64,000 nt of DNA, from contig OZ246419.1 in assembly GCA_965231135.1 (NCBI GenBank), positions 577,488 through 641,487 of the forward strand, read 5' to 3'. A model generated the notes under the pieces. It worked only from the letters and a program-made list of their open reading frames with translations. It made no database searches and had not been told where the DNA came from. The stretch is from an uncultured Gammaproteobacteria bacterium (GTDB taxonomy: Bacteria; Patescibacteriota; Microgenomatia; UBA8517). How positions within the stretch are numbered: position 1 is the stretch's first letter; the number at the start of each line of letters is the position of its first letter. Below are positions 8,626-17,945 of this stretch, piece by piece. The position numbers and the translations under genes were made by a program.

Positions 8626-9392
8626 AAAACGATAAAACAATAAACATACTTAAAAAGCTAGAGCTTTCATCTTCAATAAAATTTAATAATAGTATTAAGA
8701 TAAAGAATTTTAGTAAAACAAAAACTTCATATAGTGCTTGGCCTGAGCAGTGGAAGAAGGTTTATTACAAAGCATATCCTAAATTTCCTCAAGTTTTGTT
8801 ACCTGATCCAGCAAGAGCACGCTGGAGCTTAGATGATGCATTGATTAAACGAAAATCTCAAAGAGAATTTACAAAAAAAGATATAAAAATCCAAGATCTC
8901 TCTACTTTGCTGTATTTTTCAAGCGGTTTAAAAGAACTTTTGTTTAAAGGATCTGGAGAAAGAAGGTTTTATCCTTCTGCAGGAGCTAGGTATCCTTTAG
9001 AAATTTATCCAGTCATTTTTAATGCGGAAAGCATTAAACCTGCAATTTATCATTATCATGTTAAAAGTCATTCTTTAGAAGAAATATATAGCAATAGTTT
9101 TGTAGCGCAAATAATTAAGCAGTTTAATCAACCATGGATACGTAAGTCTTCAATGTTAATTGTTGTTTCAGCTGTTTTTGAAAGGACTGATAACAAATAC
9201 GGAGATAGGGGGCTAAGACATATATTTACCGAATATGGTCATTATGCTCAAAATATTTACCTGATTTCACAAGAGCTAGGCCTTGGTTCATGTTCTATAG
9301 GCGGATTTATTGACGATGGATTGAACAAATTATTGGATTTTGACCCAATAGATGAAAGTGTAATTGGTGTTATTGCAATAGGAACTTTATAG
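8622..9392 (+). CDS. SagB/ThcOx-family FMN-dependent azoline dehydrogenase
   Basis: YKAYP, RKSQREF, RRFYPSAGARYPLEIY, KYGDRGLR, GHYAQNIYL; ATGA overlap with YcaO. Confidence 0.92.
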   Translation: MKNDKTINILKKLELSSSIKFNNSIKIKNFSKTKTSYSAWPEQWKKVYYKAYPKFPQVLLPDPARARWSLDDALIKRKSQREFTKKDIKIQDLSTLLYFSSGLKELLFKGSGERRFYPSAGARYPLEIYPVIFNAESIKPAIYHYHVKSHSLEEIYSNSFVAQIIKQFNQPWIRKSSMLIVVSAVFERTDNKYGDRGLRHIFTEYGHYAQNIYLISQELGLGSCSIGGFIDDGLNKLLDFDPIDESVIGVIAIGTL

Positions 9393-9405
9393 TATAATTC
9401 TTTAG

Positions 9406-10059
9406 ATGTTTTTATTTCTTGTTAGACATGCAGAAGCTGACGGTGTAAAGGATCGTTGGCAAGCTCCAAATTCAAAGTTAAGTAAATTAGGTGAACAACA
9501 GGCAGGAGCTTTGGCTAATCAGCTTAAGTCATTCAAGATAGATCAAATATTCTCTAGTGATTTAGAAAGATCTACTCAAACAGCAGATATTATTTCCAAA
9601 AAAATCGGAGTAGAAACTAGCATCTTAGATTATATTTGTGAAAGACAGCAGTTAGATGAAATGTATGGAGCACAAAGAGAAAGTAATATATCAAAAAAAT
9701 ATATTGAAGAATCTCGCCATAATTTCAATAATCTTGATTGGAAATTTGAAGATAAGGAAGAATCTGTACGTGAGGTTATAAATCGCACTATGGAATTAAC
9801 CTCATTTTTAACGAAAAACTTCCAAGGTAAAAGAGTAGCAATTGTTTCGCATGATTTATTTATTAGATGTTTAATCAGTAGAATTTTGTTAGGTAAGGAT
9901 TATTCTGACACACAAATGGCTAGGAGCATTAACACATTAACCATAGACAATACTGGTTTGTCGTTATTAATCCATAGTAGTCAGTTCCAAATGTGGAAAA
10001 TTAATTACATCAATAATTATTCGCACTTTAAAGACATAAGAATAAATAACCGTCAATAA
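9406..10059 (+). CDS. Histidine phosphatase family protein
   Basis: LVRHAE, SSDLERSTQTA and IVSHD motifs. Confidence 0.92.
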   Translation: MFLFLVRHAEADGVKDRWQAPNSKLSKLGEQQAGALANQLKSFKIDQIFSSDLERSTQTADIISKKIGVETSILDYICERQQLDEMYGAQRESNISKKYIEESRHNFNNLDWKFEDKEESVREVINRTMELTSFLTKNFQGKRVAIVSHDLFIRCLISRILLGKDYSDTQMARSINTLTIDNTGLSLLIHSSQFQMWKINYINNYSHFKDIRINNRQ

Positions 10060-10970
10060 TTTTTCCAAACTTCTTCATTATCAACATATTTTAAAACTTT
10101 GCCGTGTGTCTCCTTTGCTGTTGATAAATAAGGACTACTGTTCCTGTAAAAATAAGTTAAAGCTCTTGAAGATATGAAAAGCAAATAGAAGGCGAGGTTC
10201 GACCTTTCAGATTCAGATAATCTTTCTCCTGAGAGGTACCCGTTTAAGAAAGTTGAAAAGTCATCTTTTGGTCTATCAGTTCGAATCTGGTGAAATAAAT
10301 AGTATCCAATATCATTTAACCATGTTTCCTCTGTCCACTCTCCAAAATCTATTAATACTGGAATATTTTCCTCGGTAACAATAACCTGGCCATCATGTAA
10401 ATCATTGTGGTTAAAAGTTGGCTGTGTTTCGTTGCAAAACTGCTCCATTAAATCTCTAAAGCTTTTAATTAGTGCATAAGATTTACTGTCAATATTAATT
10501 TCTTCAAGACCAACTCGTGACCAATTAAAAATATATTTATCATAGTAAGCAAATGAATTTCTACCTGTTGCTTTCCAACTATCACCAGTAACCTGCGCTG
10601 TATTATGCATTATTCTGATTTGATTGCCTAATTTATCCTTAATCCCTGGATTTGGATTAAAATACAAACTTTTTCCATGAATACGTGTTGATACCAGTGC
10701 TAGATGATCTTGATTGTAATTAACAAGTGCAATAGGTGAAGGTGTTGCAATACCTGTAGAATGTGCCGTATTTAAACCTCTCCACTCATGTTCAGCTTGA
10801 TTCTTACGTGCAGTCTTTTTAATTACAACATCCATACCAGATTGTGTTCTAGCATAGATAATTTCACCGCCAGTAAACGGTATTTTATTTTTTTCAGTAA
10901 TTTCAAGATCAATTGAACTTGCATATTTTTCAAGTGAGCTTTGGACAGTTGCAAAATGTTCTGTAGACAT
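10053..10970 (-). CDS. APH/choline-kinase-like phosphotransferase
   Basis: VVIKK (ATP Lys), HNDLHDGQV catalytic loop, LIDFG. TGATATAAT-7nt-ATG supports a start at 10970. Confidence 0.85.
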   Translation of the reverse strand: MSTEHFATVQSSLEKYASSIDLEITEKNKIPFTGGEIIYARTQSGMDVVIKKTARKNQAEHEWRGLNTAHSTGIATPSPIALVNYNQDHLALVSTRIHGKSLYFNPNPGIKDKLGNQIRIMHNTAQVTGDSWKATGRNSFAYYDKYIFNWSRVGLEEINIDSKSYALIKSFRDLMEQFCNETQPTFNHNDLHDGQVIVTEENIPVLIDFGEWTEETWLNDIGYYLFHQIRTDRPKDDFSTFLNGYLSGERLSESERSNLAFYLLFISSRALTYFYRNSSPYLSTAKETHGKVLKYVDNEEVWKNY

Positions 10971-11086
10971 ACAAATGATTATATCAATGCATATCAAATA
11001 AGAGGATTTATTTATAATTTTGAAAAATATATTTTTAATAATATAATGTTTTTGGGAATTGCTCTAAATTTAGAGGTCCACTTTAA

Positions 11087-11136
11087 CGCTTTCTTGACGT
11101 GAAAGAGGTCGGGGGTTCGAGCCCCTCATCGCCCAC
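11087..11136 (+). repeat. attR core, 50-bp copy of the tRNA-Val 3' part
   Basis: Identical to 3902-3951; lacks the tRNA 5' half. Confidence 0.95.
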
Positions 11137-11149
11137 AAATAGCTTTAAA

Positions 11150-11455
11150 ATGGCAAATAAACTAAAATCTCCTTTTCCGAAATATGTCTACGAAAGGAAC
11201 TCGGAAATTTATAAATTAATGGCGAACCCCAAAAGACTTGAAATTTTAAATATTATAAAAAACACCGAAGCTAGCGTTGATCAGCTTTCTGAAATAATTG
11301 GTATACGAAAAGCAAATACTTCTCAACATCTTTCTATCTTAAGACATTTGAGAATAGTAAACGTCAGGAAGGAAGGAAAAAATTCTTATTACAAGCTAGT
11401 AAACCCAGAACTTATCGCTCCGTGTGCCATATTGATGAAACTCTGGAATAAATAG
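11150..11455 (+). CDS. ArsR/SmtB-family transcriptional regulator
   Basis: MANPKRLEIL..SVDQLSEII..NTSQHLSILR..VRKEGKNSYYKL wHTH. The ORF-track GTG start lies inside attR. Confidence 0.9.
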   Translation: MANKLKSPFPKYVYERNSEIYKLMANPKRLEILNIIKNTEASVDQLSEIIGIRKANTSQHLSILRHLRIVNVRKEGKNSYYKLVNPELIAPCAILMKLWNK

Positions 11456-11516
11456 CCTCTTGATTTTTTTAGAAGGAAATGTTGATAATGAATTATGGTT
11501 TCTTATGTTCGAAACT

Positions 11517-13679
11517 ATGAAATATAAACTGGTAGGGATCTTTATATTAGTATTGTTATTTTTTATTATTGGCGTTAAGAGTAGCTTTGCGGCAACTTAT
11601 TATGTTTCTCCAAGTGGAAACGATTCGTACGGCGGATCCTTGGCAAGTCCGTGGAAAACATTAACCCATGCTGCAAACATTGCAGTTTCTGGAGATATTG
11701 TTTATATAAGGACGGGGACTTATCATGAGGTATTAGCGCCGATAGTAAGCGGAGCCCAATCTTCACCTATTACTTTTAAAGCATATCAAGGTGAGACACC
11801 AATTATTAGCGGTGTAAATTCCGGAGGCAGTCCGCCAAACGTAACCGGGCTTGCAACAGGGATTAATCTTGCAAACAAAAGCTATATTGTTGTTGATGGA
11901 TTAATTGTACGAGATGTTTATGACCATTGGGCAGATTTAACTAATGCAAACAATAATACACTTCAGAACATGACATTTACTTTTTCAACTCAATACGGAA
12001 CGGGGAATTGGCAGGGAATATTAATGGACGGATCAAGCTTTAATAAGATCTTAAATTCAACAATCGAGAAATGGGGCTGTCCACAAGATGTTTATAACTG
12101 CGGAGGTGATGCTATAAATATGAAAGGTGGAGCCTATAATAATTTAATACAGGGAAATACTTTTGGCAGTGCGATGCATGCAGAAGTACAAATTCAATCC
12201 GGGCATGATAATATAATTCGTCAAAATACTTTTACAAACGATATTGAAAAAGATTTGGAGATTACCGATAGAGTACAAAACACAACTTACCATAATTTAA
12301 TAGAATTAAACACTTTTAGACAAGCTGGCTGGAACAACGAAAATCACGGAGGAATGCATATTCAAATGGCGTCTTCGCGAAATATTATACGAAATAACAT
12401 ATTTACAGATTCAAGCGGAGAAGCGATGAATTGTGAAGTTTGGAGCGATTCAGGAGATATTGTTTATGATTGCGCCAACAACCGGGTTTATAACAATACT
12501 ATTGTCCATACAATGATTGATCCGGGAGGGTATCCAAATGGAGCAGGCGGTTCAAACCAAAACTGGATACCTGGGGGGCTCTATATTGATAATTTTGGCT
12601 ATGGTATGTATCCGATTACGGGGAATGTTTTTAAAAATAATATTTTTTATGATAACCAACCTAACACAGGTATTGATCCTGGGGATGATCAAATTTGGAT
12701 CTTGGATTCCAAGATCTCTCTTGATTCTAATCTTTTTCAAGGGAATATATTCTTTCATCAGAATGCATCTGACCATACTATACATGTCCAAGGGGTTATT
12801 AGCGGAACTGCAATAGAAGCAAATAATAATTTGTCCGGTAATTTTTCAGGAAATTTAGCAACAGCTCCGACTTTTATCACTTATGCTCCTGCTACAATTC
12901 CAGAAACTTATGATTTGCATTTGAGATCAGGGAGCGCTGGCATAGATCAAGGAGCCAACTTAACACAGACTACGGCCTCAGGGAACGGAACTGCAATTTC
13001 TGTTGCAGATGCAAGTTATTTTCAAGATGGATATCTGGGTATGATAACAGCAGACAGTATTCGTGTGGGCAACTCTGCTGCTATTATTTCTTCAGTTGAT
13101 TTAGTTAATAATATTATTAACGTTGATAGATCGCTCAGTTGGCAAAGCGGAGATGCTGTTAACTTGTTATATGCAGGAAGTGCTCCTGATATTGGAGTAT
13201 ACGAATATGGGACGATCACTATTTATCCTGCAGATCAACCAAGTGGCAATGATAATCCTACGCAAAATAATAGTTCAACTTCCTCAATTACTAGTAGTGC
13301 TAATAGTAATTATTGCAGCGACACAAAGCCTGCAAAAAAGGTGGATCTTTTTGAAATAGATCGAGCTGGATCAACAGCTATTTTATATTTTACTCCAAGC
13401 GACAAGAACACAAGGCGATATAATGTAATATTTGGTTTTAAGGAAAATGACGAACGATTCGGAGGAATTGGTATTTATTCACAAAATAATAACGAAGGTG
13501 TACAAAATATAAAAATAGACCATTTAGACCGTAATACATCTTATTCGTTTAAAATTATACCAATAAACGGCTGCGCATTTGGGGAATGGTCAAACTGGCT
13601 TACCACAAAAGGTTCTCAAAACAGTTCAGGAATTTTATGGAAAACATATAAATATTTGAGGAAAATTTTGAAAACTTAG
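11517..13679 (+). CDS. Secreted parallel beta-helix (pectate-lyase-like, DUF1565) protein with C-terminal FN3-like domain
   Basis: Signal peptide; TYYVSPSGND..GS..PWKT..GDIVYIRTGTY; repeated N.I.NN.F; APDIGVYE; C-terminal YSFKIIPINGC..GEWSN. Confidence 0.82.
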   Translation: MKYKLVGIFILVLLFFIIGVKSSFAATYYVSPSGNDSYGGSLASPWKTLTHAANIAVSGDIVYIRTGTYHEVLAPIVSGAQSSPITFKAYQGETPIISGVNSGGSPPNVTGLATGINLANKSYIVVDGLIVRDVYDHWADLTNANNNTLQNMTFTFSTQYGTGNWQGILMDGSSFNKILNSTIEKWGCPQDVYNCGGDAINMKGGAYNNLIQGNTFGSAMHAEVQIQSGHDNIIRQNTFTNDIEKDLEITDRVQNTTYHNLIELNTFRQAGWNNENHGGMHIQMASSRNIIRNNIFTDSSGEAMNCEVWSDSGDIVYDCANNRVYNNTIVHTMIDPGGYPNGAGGSNQNWIPGGLYIDNFGYGMYPITGNVFKNNIFYDNQPNTGIDPGDDQIWILDSKISLDSNLFQGNIFFHQNASDHTIHVQGVISGTAIEANNNLSGNFSGNLATAPTFITYAPATIPETYDLHLRSGSAGIDQGANLTQTTASGNGTAISVADASYFQDGYLGMITADSIRVGNSAAIISSVDLVNNIINVDRSLSWQSGDAVNLLYAGSAPDIGVYEYGTITIYPADQPSGNDNPTQNNSSTSSITSSANSNYCSDTKPAKKVDLFEIDRAGSTAILYFTPSDKNTRRYNVIFGFKENDERFGGIGIYSQNNNEGVQNIKIDHLDRNTSYSFKIIPINGCAFGEWSNWLTTKGSQNSSGILWKTYKYLRKILKT

Positions 13680-13718
13680 ATCTTACTTTTTCTTCTGTTT
13701 TAAGGTAAAATTCATCTC

Positions 13719-14696
13719 ATGGATAGAAAGTCCCTTATTATTGGTGTAATTATTGTTATCGCTCTTGCTATTGGTGGAGTTTTTTTAGTGAAATCTAAAA
13801 AGATTAATAACCAAAACGTTTTATCTGCTCAAACTTCTACAACTACCGACCCAAACCAAATGCCAATTCTTGAAATTTTCTCAGGAAATGTTTTCATCAA
13901 ACAAAATGGTGCAAGCGATTTTGTCAGTGCTACAGATCAGGAAAAAGTAAATGTTGGAGATGTTATAAAAACAGATGCAACAGGGAGAGCACAAGTACTT
14001 TATCCAACGCACAGCGTAACTCGTATTGATTTTAATAGTGAAATGACTATTGAAAATTACACTACAACTCCTAGCGTTACAAAAGTAAAGGTTGATCAAG
14101 GAAATATCTGGAGCAGAGTTGCTAAACTTTTTGGAAGTAGTGACTCAAACGATACAGAAAATGATACTTTAGTTGCATCAGTGCGCGGAACTTCTTATGG
14201 ACTTGGAAGCGATACAAACGGAAATACAATTGTTGAAATTATTAAATCTCACGTTTATGTGGAGTGCAATGCTGATGCAAGCAAAAATATTGATCTACAA
14301 ACAAATAATAAATTGATTACAAACTGTCTTAGTAAACTTTCTTCTGTAAAATTGACAAACAGCGATTTAAATAGTGACTGGGTAAAATTTAATGAAGATC
14401 AAGATAAAATTTTGGATCAACGATTTCCAGAAAGTTTTGATGATGAACCAAGCCCAACTCCAACACCTAAGCCAACTTTAAAACCAACAGCTAAGCCTAC
14501 TGCTTCTCCAACTCCTATTACAACACAAGCGCCAACTAGCTCACCAACAAATACTCCGACTCCAACGCCAACACCGACTTACACTCCAAGAAAAACATCT
14601 ACACCGATTCCTACTCCAACACCAACTTACTTTATTGATTACCCAATTTATTATCCTATCTATACTCCCTCGCCAACACCACCGGTGATAAAATAA
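13719..14696 (+). CDS. Membrane-anchored FecR-domain protein with Pro/Thr-rich tail
   Basis: N-terminal TM; GDVIKTDATGRAQV and VASVRGTSY; (PT)n tail. Confidence 0.8.
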   Translation: MDRKSLIIGVIIVIALAIGGVFLVKSKKINNQNVLSAQTSTTTDPNQMPILEIFSGNVFIKQNGASDFVSATDQEKVNVGDVIKTDATGRAQVLYPTHSVTRIDFNSEMTIENYTTTPSVTKVKVDQGNIWSRVAKLFGSSDSNDTENDTLVASVRGTSYGLGSDTNGNTIVEIIKSHVYVECNADASKNIDLQTNNKLITNCLSKLSSVKLTNSDLNSDWVKFNEDQDKILDQRFPESFDDEPSPTPTPKPTLKPTAKPTASPTPITTQAPTSSPTNTPTPTPTPTYTPRKTSTPIPTPTPTYFIDYPIYYPIYTPSPTPPVIK

Positions 14697-14699
14697 GTT

Positions 14700-16556
14700 A
14701 TGAAAAATTTTAGAGGATTAATAATTGGTTTAGTTATTTTTATTTTATTATCTTTCCTTTTCGTTTTTGGTTTTTTTGGTACCTGGCAAAATAAATTAAG
14801 CGATACTTTATTTACACAAAAATCTGCACCAAACAATATTGTAATTGTTGCAATTGATGATGCGTCAATTAATCAAATTGGGAGATTTCCATGGGACAGA
14901 AGCGTTTATGCAAATTTACTTAATAAATTAAATAAAGACGCAGTAAAACCTCAAGTAATTGGAATTGACATAACTTTTTCAGAAACTTCAAACCCAAAAT
15001 CTGATGGCGATTTTGCAACTGCTTTGAAAAATTACAGTAATACAAAAATTGTTTTATCAAGCGAAACAAACGGCGTCAATATTTTATCTCCAATCAATGA
15101 ATTAAAAAATGTAAGTGCGACAGGCTATGCAAATACAATTGCTGACTCCGACGGCGTTGTCAGAAAAATTCCAGAAAGCGAAATTGATGGGATAAAAAGT
15201 TTTGCAACAGAAATTTCAGGTAAAAGTGAAAATGGAAATATTAATTTTATAGGAAACAATAATAGTTTCACAACTTATTCTTTTAATGATATTTTGGATG
15301 GAAAAATTAGCGATAAAAACTTAAACAACAAGATAGTTTTGATTGGTTCTACTGCAGTTGATCTTCATGACGACCAAATTGTCCCAACATCTCCAGCTAT
15401 GAACGGGGTCGAAATTCAGGCAAATATTATAAATACAATTCTAACAAATGGCGCTAAGAATAATGAATCAAAATTAATAACTTTATTTACATTACTAATT
15501 ATTTGCCTTGTTGCATCAATTATTTTTATTAATTTATCTCCAGTTGTTGTTTTTATATCAGGAATTTTAATGATAGTAATATATGCAGTTTATGTAATAT
15601 TTTCTTTTGATAACGGGACGATTCGTAATATTGTTTTTCCAATTTTTGCAATAATTATTTCATGTATTGCTGATACGATTTATAAATATTTAACAGAAAG
15701 CCGTCAGCGAAAATTTCTTAAACAAACTTTTGGATTTTATTTATCAAAATCAGTTTTGGAACATCTTATTCAAAATCCACATAAAATAAAACTTGGAGGA
15801 GAAAGCAAGGAACTTACAGTTTTATTTTCTGATATTGCTTCATTTACTAGTATTAGTGAAAAATTAACGCCAACTGATTTGGCAAAATTATTAAATAGCT
15901 ATTTAACCAAAATGACAAATGTGATTTTTGAAAACAGGGGAGTCTTGGATAAATATATCGGGGATGCCATTATGGCGTTTTGGGGAGCTCCAGAAATTGA
16001 GAAAGACCATGCATATTTGGCCTGTGTTACGGCACTTGCAATGCAGGAAGAAATAAAGAAAAATTTTGATTTTAGTGCTCGAGTCGGAATCAATACCGGA
16101 GAAATGGTTGTGGGGAATATGGGAAGCGAGCAAAGATTTGATTATTCGCTTTTGGGAGATAATGTAAATTTAGGAAGTAGACTTGAAGGAATAAATAAAT
16201 ATTATGGAACTAAAATTTGTATTAGTGAGAATACTTACAAAAAAGTTGAGGGAAGAGTAGTAGCAAGAAAACTCGATGATGTTGCAGTAAAAGGAAAGTC
16301 AAAAGGAGTAAGTATTTACGAACTACGGGCACTTGGAGAACCAAAGGAAAAAGAGAAAATATTCTTAGAAGAATTTGAAGAAGCAAGAAAAATTTATGAA
16401 AAAGGTGACTTTAAAAAAGCGTTGACTGCATTTAAGGTTTTGGTTAAAAAATATTCAGAAGACGGGCCAATTTTAATGTATATAGAACGAATTAAAGAAT
16501 TGATTGCAAATCCCCCAAGCGAATGGGATGGAGTATATCATGCAACCGCAAAGTGA
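14700..16556 (+). CDS. CHASE2-domain class III adenylate cyclase
   Basis: IVIVAIDDAS..GRFPWDR (CHASE2), 3 TMs, LFSDIASFT, KYIGDAIMAFW, GDNVNLGSRLE; Lys/Asp specificity pair indicates ATP. Confidence 0.92.
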   Translation: MKNFRGLIIGLVIFILLSFLFVFGFFGTWQNKLSDTLFTQKSAPNNIVIVAIDDASINQIGRFPWDRSVYANLLNKLNKDAVKPQVIGIDITFSETSNPKSDGDFATALKNYSNTKIVLSSETNGVNILSPINELKNVSATGYANTIADSDGVVRKIPESEIDGIKSFATEISGKSENGNINFIGNNNSFTTYSFNDILDGKISDKNLNNKIVLIGSTAVDLHDDQIVPTSPAMNGVEIQANIINTILTNGAKNNESKLITLFTLLIICLVASIIFINLSPVVVFISGILMIVIYAVYVIFSFDNGTIRNIVFPIFAIIISCIADTIYKYLTESRQRKFLKQTFGFYLSKSVLEHLIQNPHKIKLGGESKELTVLFSDIASFTSISEKLTPTDLAKLLNSYLTKMTNVIFENRGVLDKYIGDAIMAFWGAPEIEKDHAYLACVTALAMQEEIKKNFDFSARVGINTGEMVVGNMGSEQRFDYSLLGDNVNLGSRLEGINKYYGTKICISENTYKKVEGRVVARKLDDVAVKGKSKGVSIYELRALGEPKEKEKIFLEEFEEARKIYEKGDFKKALTAFKVLVKKYSEDGPILMYIERIKELIANPPSEWDGVYHATAK

Positions 16557-16595
16557 TTTAAGAATATTTTCAGATTCATTATTTAAAATTTTCTC

Positions 16596-17132
16596 GTGAA
16601 TAGAAATATTATTTATATAATAATTATTTTATTAGTTTTATTTGGTGGGTATTTATTTTTTAAAAACCAAAATGATTCTTCATACAACGTAATTCATACT
16701 AATCAAAAACATACCCCTTTACCAAGTTTTCCGGCAGAAACAAATATCGTTTCAACTCCAGAACCAATTAATATTACGACAAATAGTGAAAATAAAATTC
16801 AAGATAATTCAAATTCAATCAGTTGTAATTATGTAACTCCGGCAGGTCCTGATATGCAGGGTACTGCAAAAATAAATTATAGCTGGGTTAATTCTAAAAC
16901 CAGTTTATGCGATAGTGTAAACGGCGGAAGTAATAATTTACTTATTAATAATCAAAATTTAAACGGAAGCGATATTTATAATGCAAACTGGATTTCGTTA
17001 AATACTTCTTATCAGTTTAATTTATTTAATGATTTAAATTGTAACGGGCAAATTATTGAAAGCTGCAATATTAATCAACCGTCTCCAACAACTGCTCCCA
17101 ATACCGGCGGACAAAAAAGTTTTGGAAGATGA
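16596..17132 (+). CDS. Membrane-anchored hypothetical protein
   Basis: N-terminal TM, Asn-rich ectodomain with 4 Cys. Confidence 0.6.
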   Translation: MNRNIIYIIIILLVLFGGYLFFKNQNDSSYNVIHTNQKHTPLPSFPAETNIVSTPEPINITTNSENKIQDNSNSISCNYVTPAGPDMQGTAKINYSWVNSKTSLCDSVNGGSNNLLINNQNLNGSDIYNANWISLNTSYQFNLFNDLNCNGQIIESCNINQPSPTTAPNTGGQKSFGR

Positions 17133-17657
17133 TTAATTTAAATTGTCTATATGGGAAAAAATGTCTTCTTCGTAACCTGGTAAACACCAATTTGAATCTT
17201 TTTCCTGTAAATATTTTTTGACTTTATTGATATTTATAAATTTTACTTCATCAACTTCGTCTTCCTCACTTTTAAGATCATCAATATTTCCGTCCCATTT
17301 AAAAGTGAAAATACCGCGATATTCTTTAAATTTGTCCGCTTTATAAATTTTTACAAGATCCAGATCTTTTGGCAAAACTGAAAGACCTGTTTCTTCTGAC
17401 AATTCTCTTGCAGCTCCAATAAAATAATTTTCATCTTCATGGCCGACGTGGCCGCCAGCATAGGATTCCCACATTCCTGGGGAGATGTCTTTTTTCATAG
17501 AGCGTTTTTGGCAAAGGATTTGATTTTTATTATTTAAAATCCAGACATGAACAGTACGACGCCAAAGCCCGTCTTTAAAAACTTTTTTCCTTGGTTGTGG
17601 TTTTTGAGGAGTATCAAACTCATCAACAACATACAATAATTCTTGATTATTTATCAT
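17133..17657 (-). CDS. NUDIX hydrolase (IDI-like subfamily)
   Basis: GGHV..AARELSEETGL Nudix box; QKRS..K..PGMW. Confidence 0.9.
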   Translation of the reverse strand: MINNQELLYVVDEFDTPQKPQPRKKVFKDGLWRRTVHVWILNNKNQILCQKRSMKKDISPGMWESYAGGHVGHEDENYFIGAARELSEETGLSVLPKDLDLVKIYKADKFKEYRGIFTFKWDGNIDDLKSEEDEVDEVKFININKVKKYLQEKDSNWCLPGYEEDIFSHIDNLN

Positions 17658-17785
17658 AAATTCTTAAATATAACTTGTAGTTAATTATTTCCGGTTCTAA
17701 ATGTAGTATCCGGTTGGTTTCATGCCAGAAACCTTTAATTTATTTAACTAAAACAGTATAGCTCATGATACAATAGCTTGTCAAT

Positions 17786-17805
17786 GGGCCTGTCGTTCAA
17801 TGGTA
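17786..17805 (+). repeat. 20-bp duplicate of the tRNA-Ala 5' end
   Basis: GGGCCTGTCGTTCAATGGTA identical to 17838-17857. Confidence 0.9.
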
Positions 17806-17837
17806 AGCAAAGCTTGCGCATTGCCAACAGTCCTTTA

Positions 17838-17908
17838 GGGCCTGTCGTTCAATGGTAGGACACCTGGCTGGCAGTCAGGGAACTGGGGTTCGATTCCCCA
17901 TGGGTCCA
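17838..17908 (+). tRNA. tRNA-Ala(GGC), CCA not encoded
   Basis: Anticodon arm CCTGG-CTGGCAG-TCAGG; G3:U70 identity pair; T arm TGGGG-TTCGATT-CCCCA. Confidence 0.92.
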
Positions 17909-17945
17909 CACTTGTAATATAAAATATTTTTTATATAATTCATTT

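Larger units (their letters stand above)
3902..11136. mobile_element. tRNA-Val-integrated genomic island / degenerate prophage (~7.2 kb)
   Basis: Flanking 50-bp direct repeats, tyrosine integrase adjacent to the tRNA, accessory cargo and a capsid-like stub. Confidence 0.92.

Noticed and set aside
11087-11136. Second tRNA-Val gene, and ArsR start at GTG 11099
   Set aside because: Only the 3' 50 nt are present (attR); the N-terminal extension is translated tRNA sequence.
14450-14690. Tandem CCAACn repeats as a possible CRISPR or VNTR
   Set aside because: They encode a Pro/Thr linker; no repeat-spacer array or cas gene is seen anywhere in the window.
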